Notes: generated by a model not told the origin, from the letters alone. 63,057 nucleotides of DNA, filler included, from Basidiobolus ranarum (GCA_040143965.1; 43 parts of 43 records of this genome joined end to end with filler, not necessarily neighbours in it); one strand, 5' to 3'; shown: positions 1 through 11,410, counted from the first letter of the whole stretch. Made by a program: numbers and translations.

Positions 1-280
1 AGAGATTTGGTCACAAATCTTGTCTGTTGGGTTGAGGACAAATTAAATGGTTAGTTCAATGCTTCAATAAACGTGTATAGCTACAATAGACATGTAATAT
101 GATATTGGGGGGTTTGGTACTGTCAAGAGATGAAAAATCACTCCTAGCTTAGGATACCGTATTCCCAGGGAAGCGTATAGTCATAAGTAAGCATAGAATA
201 GATTACTAACCAGGATGACCTTCACCGACAGACTCGGAAGTAAAGAGAAAAGTATCTTGTTCAGCTGGAGCAATTGTCAT
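1..280 (-). CDS. SAM2: S-adenosylmethionine synthetase (MAT) copy A, 5' part: exon 1 280..211, intron 210..24, exon 2 from 23 (truncated)
   Basis: Splices to [31 protein letters not shown], the MAT signature; GTTAGT donor, ACTAAC branch point, CAG acceptor. Not in the ORF track. Confidence 0.96.
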
Positions 281-1098
281 TATCGTAATGTACACTCCTT
301 GAAGCAATTACCCCTTTTGTTATATAGGCTATTCAATTTATCCATCGTATAGATAAATGATGAAATTCGGACTTGTCATTGCACCGTGCGCCAATTGGAA
401 ACTTACACCATGACTTGTGTTTCCATACTAGTGTTAAGTGATAGATATCAAAACTGATGTGATATGGACTGAACACAAAAACTCTTATTACAGTCCCAGA
501 GACTCTAAGCTGGCCTAACTTATCTAAACCATATTATTACTTGGACCATAGCAGAATGTTTCGGAAGCATAGTAAGTATCCATTTTCACATGAATAAAAG
601 AAAATGATCAACCTGGCACTTTCCTATAACTCCACGTTTCTCGTGTAGCCTTATTAGTCCATTTGCTAACTAACGATCGTGCGATGTTGAAATTTATACA
701 GGTTCGTTAATATTTAGCATAACCTCTATTTCACGTGTAGCCATCTTTAATTGTGTACAAATGGCGTGCTGAGTAGTAATGGGGGTGGCAATCTCCACCC
801 TTGAGATAGAATTCATCAAAATATTGTATTGTGACTAAGTAGATATGAATTGGGTAAGTTCCATTTGAAAGATGTACTCGACATGTTGGTTGTTTTCGAT
901 TGGTTCCGGCCGAAGTTCTGTACCACCGATCACAGGGTTTTCCCGAATTTCTTGCGTATCTAGAAATCAGGTAAATTGTTGATTTTAGGAATAATCTACT
1001 TTCTGAGTCATTGACTTTTCGAGTTTTAGCAAATATAAAATATCCCGTTCGAGTGCAAGTCTCTACCGAGTCGAGCTCAAGCATCTCTGTAAACAACA
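281..1098. promoter_or_regulatory. Bidirectional promoter of the two MAT genes
   Basis: 818 bp between divergent ATGs; TATATAA on minus (320-326), TATAAAA on plus (1034-1040), TCACGTG at 731-737. Confidence 0.7.
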
Positions 1099-1376
1099 AT
1101 GACCATTTCCAATATCGAAGAAACATTCCTTTTCACATCTGAGTCTGTAGGTGAAGGTCATCCTGGTTAGTAATCTACTCTGTGTTTACTTATGACTATA
1201 CGCTTCCCTGGGAATACGGTATCCTAAGCTAGGAGTGATTTTTCATCTCTTGACAGTACCAAACCCCCCGATATCATATTACATGTCTATTGTAGCTATA
1301 CACGTTTACTGAAGCATTGAACTAACCATTTAATTTGTCCTCAACCCAACAGACAAGATTTGTGACCAAATCTCTG
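1099..1376 (+). CDS. SAM2: S-adenosylmethionine synthetase (MAT) copy B, 5' part: exon 1 1099..1165, intron 1166..1352, exon 2 from 1353 (truncated)
   Basis: Splices to [36 protein letters not shown] donor, ACTAAC at 1321, CAG acceptor at 1350-1352. Confidence 0.96.
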
Positions 1377-1476
1377 NNNNNNNNNNNNNNNNNNNNNNNN
1401 NNNNNNNNNNNNNNNNNNNNTTAATTAATTAANNNNNNNNNNNNNNNNNNNNNNNNNNNNNNNNNNNNNNNNNNNN
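1377..1476. other. Artificial contig linker (44 N + TTAATTAATTAA + 44 N); 42 copies about every 1.47 kb, the last at 61596..61695
   Basis: Identical 100-nt spacer with stops in all six frames; flanking contigs shrink steadily from 1376 to about 1362 nt. Confidence 0.99.
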
Positions 1477-2852
1477 GTGTGATATCTGCAGATCATAACA
1501 TACACGAAACCTCCCAAGAAGAGTCCAATGAACCATGAGAAGTTGAATACCTTCTGGAAGAAATCCGGGATACCCTTAACTCCAATCTTGTTCAAGAAAC
1601 CTGGGAAGTTGGGAATGATTCCGATCACCAAGGCAATGATGGCTGGTCTGTGGAAGCCGTTGTCATACCAATAGATGCCTCCAGGATTGTACAGTTCAGA
1701 TACTTCAACATATCTCTTGCGAACAATCCAGTAATCAGCAAGTACAACACCACCAATGGGTCCAAGGAAAGTAGTGTAGGATGAAAGGAAGTTGAGGAAG
1801 CCGTTGGCTCCGGATAGCAACTTCCAGGGACAAATACAGATACCGACAACAGCACAGAGGATACTGCCACGTTGGATGGTCATATAGCGAGGAGCCAAAG
1901 AAGAGATATCGTTACCGGCGAACAAAGCGTTACCAGCACAGTTTACTACCAACAAGGCTAAGCAGAATCCGAGACCAAGAATGAACTGGAGTACACGGTT
2001 AAGAGCGCTGCTAGGGTCCATCTTACTGATGAACACAATGGGATCCCAGATAGCCTCACCATACAAAGAGATGGATGCAGAGGAGATGAATACTGCCAAG
2101 AACCCGGTGAACAGCATACCCAAAGGAATGGTCAAGGCTTGGCCAAGAGTCTGAGCACGTACGGTCTTGGAGTATCTGGTGTAATCGGGACAATTGATGG
2201 CAAAGGTAGCCATGTTACCCATGACTGAGGTGACACCGGAGAAGAAGGCCCAGAAGAAAGGTTGCTTATTCTGAACATTGGTTCCGGCCATGGCCAACAC
2301 TGAGCTGAAGCCACCAGCATTCACGACTGACCACACGAACAACACAATACCGGCAATAGGAAGGAAGAAAGCCTTCACCATGAAAAGAGGTCTGATCTTC
2401 TCGGCTCCAAGAGCAATCACTGGAATACTAGCCAACCAGAACACAATGCAAGGAATGAACTGACGCATGTGGATATCGGGGTCGGAGAATCCTTTAGGAA
2501 TATCGTTGTATCCCGGCCAGACAGCCAACACCACCACATACAGGCACTCCCCTCCAAGCCAGAGATTCACTCCATACCAAATCCAAGCGAGAACGAAGCG
2601 CATGCATACTGGAATGTACGCTCCCTTCATACCAAAGCTGAGTCGACCAACAACAGGGAATGAAATGTGATATCTGGCACCAGTCACACCACCCAAAGTG
2701 ATGGCCACTGTAATCACAAGCATACCAGTCATGAATGTAAGCATAGCTTGCCACCAGTTCATCCCGAGAGACACTAATGACCCAGCCATCAAGAACTTTG
2801 GAATGTTGAAAGCATCACTGATCCAGAAGGAGACGAAGTTGAGAAGATCCCA
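1477..2852 (-). CDS. NCS1 nucleobase:cation symporter (Fur4/Dal4-like uracil/allantoin permease), partial at both ends
   Basis: Open frame across the contig with many TM helices and motifs GARYHISFPVVGRLSFG, PDYTRY, ICPWKLL, GPIGGVVLADYW. Confidence 0.93.
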
Positions 2853-2952
2853 NNNNNNNNNNNNNNNNNNNNNNNNNNNNNNNNNNNNNNNNNNNNTTAA
2901 TTAATTAANNNNNNNNNNNNNNNNNNNNNNNNNNNNNNNNNNNNNNNNNNNN

Positions 2953-3193
2953 TGTAAGAATGATCAGCTGACCTTCATTGGAAGGTCTTGGTGGAAATAC
3001 ACTATGTGTGGGATGACATGATTGGTTAGGTTTCATGGAATGTTCCAAAGAACATGACTTCCATATAAGGTAATCTGGATGAACTGACACCAGATTGCCA
3101 AGAAGGGATGGCACAGCAGATATGATGTTGTAATCTAATAATAGAAGAGTTCTATTTGCAGTGGATCAGTATGCCAAGATCAGAATCATAACA
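2953..3193 (-). mobile_element. Gypsy chromovirus 3' LTR (start), preceded by a polypurine tract
   Basis: AAAGAGGGGGATA then TGTTATG directly after the pol stop; same sequence as LTRs at 18573, 44311 and 57864. Confidence 0.88.
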
Positions 3194-3205
3194 GTATCCC
3201 CCTCT

Positions 3206-4327
3206 TTAGTGATGGCTTCTAAACATCATAGGGCCAGGTTTTTTTGGGTAGGCTTCATGAAGCTCTTGGCAAAGTTCCTTGCAATTTGAAAGATTTGTTG
3301 CTGGCTCCCAGGATTGATGATCTGTTGAGTATCCCTTCCAGACCACTAAACATTGCAATTTATGTTGATAAATTCTGGAATCTAAAATTTTGCAAACTTC
3401 ATATTTGGGGTGTTCTTCAACTTGGATTGCTGGGGGTGGGACAATGGATTGGCCCTTGAAGGTATTTCTGGCATGTGGCTCTAAGAGGGACACATGGTAT
3501 ACATGGTGAACTTTGAAATGGGCTGGGAGTTCAAGGTAGAAGGCTACTGAATTGATTTGCTTAATATTCTTAAAAGGCCCTAGTCTTTTATGATCAAGTT
3601 TATCACAAGATCTAGTGGTTTTGATATTTTTCCAGAGGAGCCAAACATAATCTCCTGGCTTGAGATCTGGGCTTGGCTTTCTTTTGTTAGCAGCAAAGTT
3701 CTTGTATTGGGATTGAGCATGCTCCAACTCAGATATTGATTGTTTATGGATGTTGTTAAGGAAAGTGGTATGGTCTGAGGCATCAGGGCAAGGTAGATTG
3801 GATGGTGGGTAAACTGTGAAACAAGGATGGAATCCATAATTTGCACAGAAAAGAGTTTGCTTTGTTGAGGTATGATAAGAGTTGTTGTAAGCAAATTCAG
3901 CAAGAGGCAAGAGTTATATCCAGTTATCTTGATTATAGTTGATAATGCATCACAAATATTGTTCCAAAACTTGATTGACTCTTTCTGTTTGGCCATCAGA
4001 TTGGAGATGGAAGGCAGTGGAGAGATTGGCAGAGATACTCAAGGTATAGAGGAGACTTCTCCAGAACTTGGAGGCAAACTGAGGTCCTTGGTCAGAGATG
4101 ATAGTTTCAGGGAGTCCATGTAGGTGGAAGATGTTTTGGGTTACCAATTCTGCTGTTTGTTTTCATGACTTGTTGCAGGGCATAAAGTGGGCCATCTTTG
4201 TTAGATGGTCAACAAATACCAGAATTGAATCATATTTGGCAGACAAGGGTAGATCAGTTATGAAATCCAGGGATATGGATTTCCACTGCTGATCAGGAAT
4301 TGGAAGAGGCTGTAGGAGGCCATAGGG
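3206..4327 (-). mobile_element. Ty3/gypsy chromovirus integrase core, GPF motif and chromodomain (degenerate)
   Basis: HGLPETIISDQGPQF, QSDGQTERVNQVLEQYL, LGPFK, YHVSLLEP, YEVCKILDSR..LVVWKGY..SWEP. Confidence 0.95.
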
Positions 4328-4448
4328 NNNNNNNNNNNNNNNNNNNNNNNNNNNNNNNNNNNNNNNNNNNNTTAATTAATTAANNNNNNNNNNNNNNNNN
4401 NNNNNNNNNNNNNNNNNNNNNNNNNNNTTTAAGGTTGGTAGAGCTTAT

Positions 4449-4660
4449 TGTTAAGATATTTTGGGAGTTTGTTGCTGGTGGTTTGGAGAATCTGAAGAAT
4501 TGGTGATTTTTACTTATGGACTCATTTAGTGGTATGTTGACATTGAAAGTTTTGTCAAGAGGTAAACAAATAAACATGTTGTATGTTAAGGAAGGTCTAG
4601 GAATATGTGTGTAAAGTTTGGGGCCTCTAGCTGAAGTTTGAATTTATATATGTGTAAACT
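4449..4660 (-). mobile_element. Copia LTR family A fragment
   Basis: Matches the LTR next to the PBS and gag at 23239..23475; right boundary approximate. Confidence 0.7.
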
Positions 4661-5902
4661 TATAAGTGAACTCAATTCCTCTTGAAAATAGTGAATGCCA
4701 TCTTTGTAAAATACAGAATAACTAAGTACAAAGCTATAAATAACTATATAAATGTTTAGACTATGCTAAGTTCAACATCTATTGTACTATGTTATATGTG
4801 ATCAATTGTTGGGTGTGATTTATTAAGACCAGTGATTAACATATCAACAAGAAATCAAATATTCATGTTAGTTAAGATAAGGCAATGATTGTGCAGTTAG
4901 CTGGAGCAGAAATTTCAATCATTTAACACATTTTATTATTACAGATTTTGGTAGTATTCATAAATTTATTGATGGATAACATATAGTCTCAAGTTGAACT
5001 TATCTGGTCAAAATAAACTAGACAATGTATCCAGATAAAATCCAAGACTTAATGCATCTTGACAAAATACAATAATCAGAAAAAAAATGAAGCAACCTTG
5101 GCTTTGCTAGTAATATCAAAACAGGAGGTATTCATTGAAGTATTGTTGAAAAGCTGAGAGATTATACACAAAATGGTAAGATACTTTATATTAAGAACAG
5201 ATCTAAGACTTAGTGACTAAGGAGCAGATCTGTAGGTATGAATAGGTAATAAACTCCAAAATTTAGCACTTGAAAATGGGCTAAGTAGTGTTACAGGCAA
5301 ACAAATAATTGAAAACACTGTTGTAGCTGGTTTACTGATAGCACTGAAAACAAATGTTGATAATGTCACTAAAGGTGGTGGAATCACCCAATGTCAAAGA
5401 TTGTAATTTCTGCTTGGCTCATGCTGAGTGTTTAGCACAAGGTTGAATCATCCAGTGAGGTATTTGGCACCTCTTTGTCTTGCAGGAGTAACAATGGGGT
5501 TTGATGTGAAGGATTGATATGTACATGGGTTTTAAAGAATGTACATATTTCCAGATGTTCTCATAAGTATTATCCAATCTACCAATAGAACCAGCCTTAA
5601 ATTACTGGACATATTGCCCAATCCACACTACCATCCATCAGTTACCTTCCTTAATAATCAGGTGAGTTTATTTGATAGCAGTTAAAATATGGTTTCCTAT
5701 TTTAATTCTTACTTTAATTCACTCCCTAATCTAGCTCCCTAACCTTATTGTGGTTACCAGTACCCTTGAACCATTTCCCAATGATCTCTTTGCTATCTCC
5801 TTNNNNNNNNNNNNNNNNNNNNNNNNNNNNNNNNNNNNNNNNNNNNTTAATTAATTAANNNNNNNNNNNNNNNNNNNNNNNNNNNNNNNNNNNNNNNNNN
5901 NN

Positions 5903-6007
5903 GACAATGCCTGTAATGCCTGTACCCATATTGACAGCAAACCATCCTGGAATGAAACCTCTAACAATATCGCGAGGGTGCTTTAGCTCAGAAAAGAAGC
6001 CTTTCAT
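5903..6007 (-). CDS. TDT/SLAC1 family (Mae1/Ssu1-like) transporter, N-terminus (second tandem copy)
   Basis: Manual translation MKGFFSELKHPRDIVRGFIPGWFAVNMGTGITGIV contains the TDT WF..MGTG motif. Confidence 0.85.
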
Positions 6008-6856
6008 TGTAAGACTGAGAGAATAAACAGTAAAAATATTTAACTCGCTAATGGGACAAAGCCGTATTTATAGTAAATAAACATCAACAAAGATTTTTAC
6101 ATCATACGGAGAATATTGAATTCTTCAATTCAATTAGCCAGTCGATCCTACGTGATCACATATTCAGGGACGTTTTCTACATCGAGTAGCGATCTATTAC
6201 TTGGAAGATTTCCCAACACTCCTCTTTCATGATATGGATTTGAGAGCAATTTTTATATTTGGTAATAGGACAGAACGCTTACCCAGAATTGATATTTAAA
6301 GCAAAACTACCGAAAGGTTTACCCGATTTTGATGAAATCTTGGTAAGATCATGGAATGTTTGTTTATTGTCTCTGCCTCTGCCTCTGCCTCCTCAACCAA
6401 TTTATCTTATCACTTATATGGTTAGGTATTAAATGCTACGGTTGATGACAATTTATTTGATTTTCTAAGGCGCATAATAGTATTATTCTTTTCTTAAATT
6501 CCCATCTAGTATCCGGAGCTCAGGTTGCCACTTGAAGTAACGTAATTCGATGGATTTGAAAGCAAATATTGTTAACCTTACAAAGCGAGTTCATCTTGTT
6601 TTCAATCAAATTTAATGTTTCTTGGCTATCTCAAACTTCCTAGGCTATCGATGAAAACAATCAAAATTGATTAAAGTTATCTCGGAGAAACTAACCCTTA
6701 ATTGGGGATTCTACTTAAACTCATTAGATATGGGAAGGAATAGGGTTTTATTATCCTTAACATTGTATTAAATATAAACATGTATAAATTACAAGACTAA
6801 GATATTTGGAAGTCTAATAGTCTATGGGAATTATATGTAATCTGACTTATGCTTGT

Positions 6857-7277
6857 CTAATCCTTACACGCTTGCATTTCGGGATCAGAAACTTTTGTTT
6901 GACAAGGCAATTGTTGAAGACAGGGTGCATTAAAGACAGCACCAGAGTATACTCCACGTAGAGTGTGAATGGCTACAGTGAACCAATTGAGAACCAACCA
7001 ACAGACAAAGAATGATGTCAACCCATGGAAGAATCGAGAGTCAGTAGCAATAGCGATGTTGAGAGTACCAGCGGTAAACACACCGAGGGGGAAAGTAAGT
7101 CCCCACCATCCCATATTATAGGAAAGTGCCTCACGTCTGACCACCATCGAAGTTACAGCAAAGATAAGATACCATAGGCCATATGCCCATAAGAAGAATG
7201 CTATAATCACACAGCATGTAAAAGCACTGTCTCCGAACCCAGGCGCCCACTTATCACCAACAACCTTCTGAGCAGCC
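6857..7277 (-). CDS. TDT/SLAC1 family (Mae1/Ssu1-like) transporter, C-terminus
   Basis: YNMGWWGLTFPLGVF and terminal VFNAPCL motifs; frame open to the contig edge. Confidence 0.9.
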
Positions 7278-7377
7278 NNNNNNNNNNNNNNNNNNNNNNN
7301 NNNNNNNNNNNNNNNNNNNNNTTAATTAATTAANNNNNNNNNNNNNNNNNNNNNNNNNNNNNNNNNNNNNNNNNNNN

Positions 7378-8720
7378 AGGAATGGAGAGTTCAATCCAAT
7401 CTTAGCAACCAGGTGTTTATTGGTTTTCTTACACTTTGACCACAGTTGAATGGCAACTGTTGCTTGCCACAGATCTGGTACAAGTGGAAAACACTTGTCA
7501 ATTGTATGACTTCTAATCCTTCAGTAATTAAACTACCTTGACATCCAAATGGTTTTTTGACTTTCACTGGTGATCTGAAAAACCTGAAGTCATGTATTGT
7601 TTGCACACAATTGGCAATCACTTATTCAGGTAAATATTGTTCATATTTTGCTTACATACTGTTGATTCCCCATCTTAAAGCTTTGATGAAATTACCCAAA
7701 TATAGATCATTGATCCAATATCAAGGTACTCACTGTAAAGCTGATGTTATTACAAATAAAGTTGATGGATATCACTACCAGAATCTGAAAAGTCAAGGTT
7801 TCTTTGAGGACATGTATGATCATGCATTTGCATTGGCTTAGGATGATTTCTCACTATTCAAATATACAATTGGAAAGGCTTGCAGGCCAATAATTTTAAT
7901 CAACTTAAATCTTCCTTCTTCCTAATAGCTTAAGAGTCATAATATTTTAGTACTATCCATCATGTCTGGACCTAAATCACCAGTGCTTGTAGATAGCTTC
8001 TTGGAGCCTTTAATTGCGGAATTTGAATGATTATCTAATGGGGTTCAGATGGGTGAATATTTTATTAACACTAATATCATTGTATGTATTGGTGACACTC
8101 CTGCCATCAGTAAACAAGGAGGTTTTTGCAGGCACAATGCACTTTCTTGCCATAGATTTGTCAAATCAATGGAGTTTACTCTATCAGGCATACACATTAC
8201 TACTATCCTAATACAACACTAAACTCCATGATTTTACCATCAAGAACCCGGTGAAATTTCAACATGATCACTGATATCAATTTACCAAATAGTCAGTCTA
8301 ACATCAAACTTGGTATTAGTCATAAGCCTAAGATTATATTGCTAAAGGGGATCAGCTGGAGCCAGAGCTTCCCATTAGGCACTATGCACTTACTTTTCAA
8401 CAACATTCCAATACTACTTACTCAGCTATGTAGTGGAAAATTCAATATGAATGAGCCATTCAAGATAGGATCAAAGTTTGAGCCAATTGGGAAAATGATT
8501 GAAAAAGTCAAGATACCATCATATTTTACCAGGACTCTCATCAATATCCACTCTTATAGGCATTTATTCAAATGCAAAGACTGGAAGTATTGGATTTGTA
8601 TATATTCAAGTGGAATTTTGAAAAGATTTATGCCTGATAAGTATTGGAACATTGGGAGTTGTTTCTTGATATTGTTAATATATTCTTATGTCACAACTCA
8701 CATTGGCAAGTCTCAGGCTA
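7378..8720 (+). mobile_element. CACTA/EnSpm (Transposase_21-like) transposase, degenerate
   Basis: DGF..PIILINLNLP..SGPKSP..DSFLEPLIAEF..GDTPAISK.GGF..H pattern with stops and frameshifts. Confidence 0.85.
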
Positions 8721-8851
8721 GAAGACAAGGACCTTTGGGGATTTGTTACAGNNNNNNNNNNNNNNNNNNNNNNNNNNNNNNNNNNNNNNNNNNNNTTAAT
8801 TAATTAANNNNNNNNNNNNNNNNNNNNNNNNNNNNNNNNNNNNNNNNNNNN

Positions 8852-9050
8852 TTCCCATTTTAGAGCAAGAGTAGAACATAGCTTTGGTTTCCTAAAGAGA
8901 TATAGCATTGTAGCAGGAAAGTATAGAGGAAAAGCATTTTGTGGGCCTCAATCAAAGTTAGGTAAAGTAGTCAAAATTGTGATTAAATCTCAATACATTC
9001 ATACTCAAAGATATCCATTGAGAGCTCTAGACTTGAGACACTATGAATAA
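8852..9050 (+). mobile_element. PIF/Harbinger-type (DDE_Tnp_4) transposase C-terminus
   Basis: Manual translation SHFRARVEHSFGFLKRYSIVAGKYRG matches the R..VE..FG.LK.. motif. Confidence 0.65.
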
Positions 9051-9245
9051 AGCTTTCATCTTTGTGTCTTTGTGCAATAATGTCTAAAAGTACTTTTCTT
9101 AAAAATACCACATAAGTAAAATACACTGTTTCCAAAATGGTAAATAACATCAAGCCAGATAGTGCCCAATCATGCCAATTTGTGCTGGCACACTTTTTAG
9201 CTGGCCTGATCTGGCTCAAAAAAATGGAACAAGTCTAAAATAATT

Positions 9246-10109
9246 AGTTGAGTGGGAATGCTGAAATTAGGTAAATAGCAATCAATTCTGCCATTCAAAA
9301 ATGTGTGTTTATTTAATACAATTGATAGAAATATCAATTGGATCACTTTAACCAATTTTCACTATATTCTCAAACCCCTCCATATCATTTCAAATTTTCA
9401 TCCATGCTTGGCAGGCATGTTTGTTATGATATAAGCATGTCCAATAGTTTTATTTCATAGTAAAATAAAAATAGGACATATTAATTCCTCTGAAGATCCT
9501 GAGTTGATCTACACTTGGTTTCAATCCATATAGGATCTCAACTGCAGTAGAAATTTTAGCAATCTTGTTGGGCATCTGTTTTTGATGTAGGCTGCAGTAG
9601 AGACGGATTCAGCTCAATATTGGCAATCTAATTGCCAATTATGTAAAATTCATCTTGCCATCTTCACTAATATCCTACTAGCATATTCAGCAACTCCACT
9701 TTGCTGTGGAGTATAAGGTACAGTAGTTTGTTGCTAAATTCCACGTTTATAACAAAAACCAACAGAGTCTAGAGGATTTGGATGAGTTCTGATGAAGATT
9801 TAGATTTGAGAGTTAGACACTTAGGCATTTTTGAATTGAATATGGCCTATTTGCAGTTTACTATGAAAGTGCACTACTGGACATGCTTAGATCACAACCA
9901 ACATCTGTGTTAAGCATGGATGAAAATTTGAGGTGAGTTGGAGAAGTTTTGAGAACATAGTGAAGATTGGTAAAAGTGATCTAATTGATATTTCTATTAT
10001 TTAAAGCAATAAACACATGCTTTTTGAATGGGGGAATTGTGTGCTAAATAATCAGAATATGAATAAGCTAACTACTAAAGAATGAGTTGCTATTTACCTA
10101 ATTTCAACA
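9246..10109. mobile_element. Copia debris: PPT plus LTR B start (+, 9259), integrase fragment (-), LTR B (-, ends 10109)
   Basis: AGTTGAGTGGGAA/TGCTGAAATTAGG; minus-strand TTVPYTPQQSGVAE; similarity to LTR 15583..15933. Confidence 0.78.
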
Positions 10110-10409
10110 CCTTTCATAGCCAAATTAGATGCTATTGTTATAGTGTAAAAAGACATTTCAGAACCCAGTAAGAATATGTGTAACAGCATATGCAGGAGCT
10201 ATGAAATTGATTAATAGGTAATGAGNNNNNNNNNNNNNNNNNNNNNNNNNNNNNNNNNNNNNNNNNNNNTTAATTAATTAANNNNNNNNNNNNNNNNNNN
10301 NNNNNNNNNNNNNNNNNNNNNNNNNGTTGCTTGTATAGCTGAAATGCCAAAGTACCATACATTGACAGACTAGGTTAAGGTTCCCTAGCAATATAGGCAT
10401 AGCATAAAA

Positions 10410-10482
10410 GGACTGGTAGCTCAGTGGTTAGAGCACCTTGCTAGAGTGAAGGAGGCCCCAGGTTCAAATCCTGGCCAGACCA
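10410..10482 (+). tRNA. tRNA-like sequence (pseudo or TE-borne; nominal anticodon AGA but short variable loop)
   Basis: 73-nt cloverleaf: acceptor GGACTGG/CCAGACC, D stem GCTC/GAGC, anticodon stem CCTTG/GAAGG, T arm CCAGG-TTCAAAT-CCTGG; intact A and B boxes, no T4 terminator. Confidence 0.75.
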
Positions 10483-10508
10483 ATATTTCTCCCTAAATAA
10501 TTTCAACA

Positions 10509-11410
10509 GTTGCTCTATAGGTTGTCTCCTAGTACATATGTTGTCATCTAAAATCTTTCTGACTCTAGGTGAAACACTCACAAGTTCCCCAATTGTGATG
10601 GAGAGGCAACAGTCTAAGATCCTCTTAGTAAGTGTCTTAGGATATGCCTTCTTGCTAATCTTGGAATGTATCTGATAGTTAGGCTGTCAAGGTCCTGCTT
10701 CAGTAGTTCTTGGTGTTGGTTTTGGAATGTTCACAACAACAACCTCTGGCTCAGGAAATCTTGCCTTTGGTGTACCAGTAGGTTTTAGTTCCTCAGGTGG
10801 AGAAGCTCTTTTGGTTGCATAAGCTTCAGCTAAGCAAACAAATTCATCTTCATTGTGAGATTCCAATGTTTGGTTCTGCTGTTTGTCAACAGCAAAGTGT
10901 TGTGTGTTCTGGTCAGGGTCTTCAACAGTTATTCTTCTGGTGTTGTTTACTGGTGGGCAGTAAGTCGCTTTCATACCTCCTCTTCTAAAGTTTGGCCTAG
11001 CATTTCTGCCATTTTGATCAAGTATAAACCCTCTTGAGTCCAATTGGAGCTCTCCTGTGTCATGTAGTTCATTCAATTCAGGACAGTCCTTCTTGGAATG
11101 CTTGGTTGAGTCACACCATATACAATTAGATGGGTAGGGAGATTGATAAGTTCCTCCATGGTAGGACTTACACTCAATCTTCAAAGTGAGATATTCAAGT
11201 TTCTTGCTAATGTTGGATAATTCTTCCTCAACATCAACTGTTCTGTTTTTTGTCAAAGATTCTTCTGGTCTGGGTTGCTGTGGTTCCCTGCCTTTCTGGA
11301 GCATTTTCATGAGTGCTGAGTTCTCCTGACTGGCTAGGAGGACTTTCTTTGCCCTAGCAAGAGAGGGAATATCAGAGGTCGGTTGGCTGGTAGTTTCTTG
11401 ATCCACTTTT
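10509..11410 (-). mobile_element. Ty3/gypsy gag-like region, interrupted at both ends by insertions
   Basis: Zinc knuckle CIWCDSTKHSKKDC; downstream ITIGELVSVSPRVRKIL resembles fungal gypsy gag-pro linkers. Confidence 0.7.

Noticed and set aside
731-1126. 131-aa minus-strand ORF
   Set aside because: Overlaps the MAT promoter and is antisense to MAT exon 1; no recognisable motif.
1166-1352. Known SAM riboswitch class or intronic snoRNA
   Set aside because: No SAM-I/II/III consensus beyond UUCCC/GGGAA. ACAGUA and ACA boxes exist but the second H/ACA hairpin does not fold, and the CUGA D box is missing in one copy. An Rfam/Infernal scan would settle it.
10410-10482. Functional tRNA-Ser(AGA)
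   Set aside because: Lacks the long variable arm, has two stem mismatches and no terminator, and sits in TE context.
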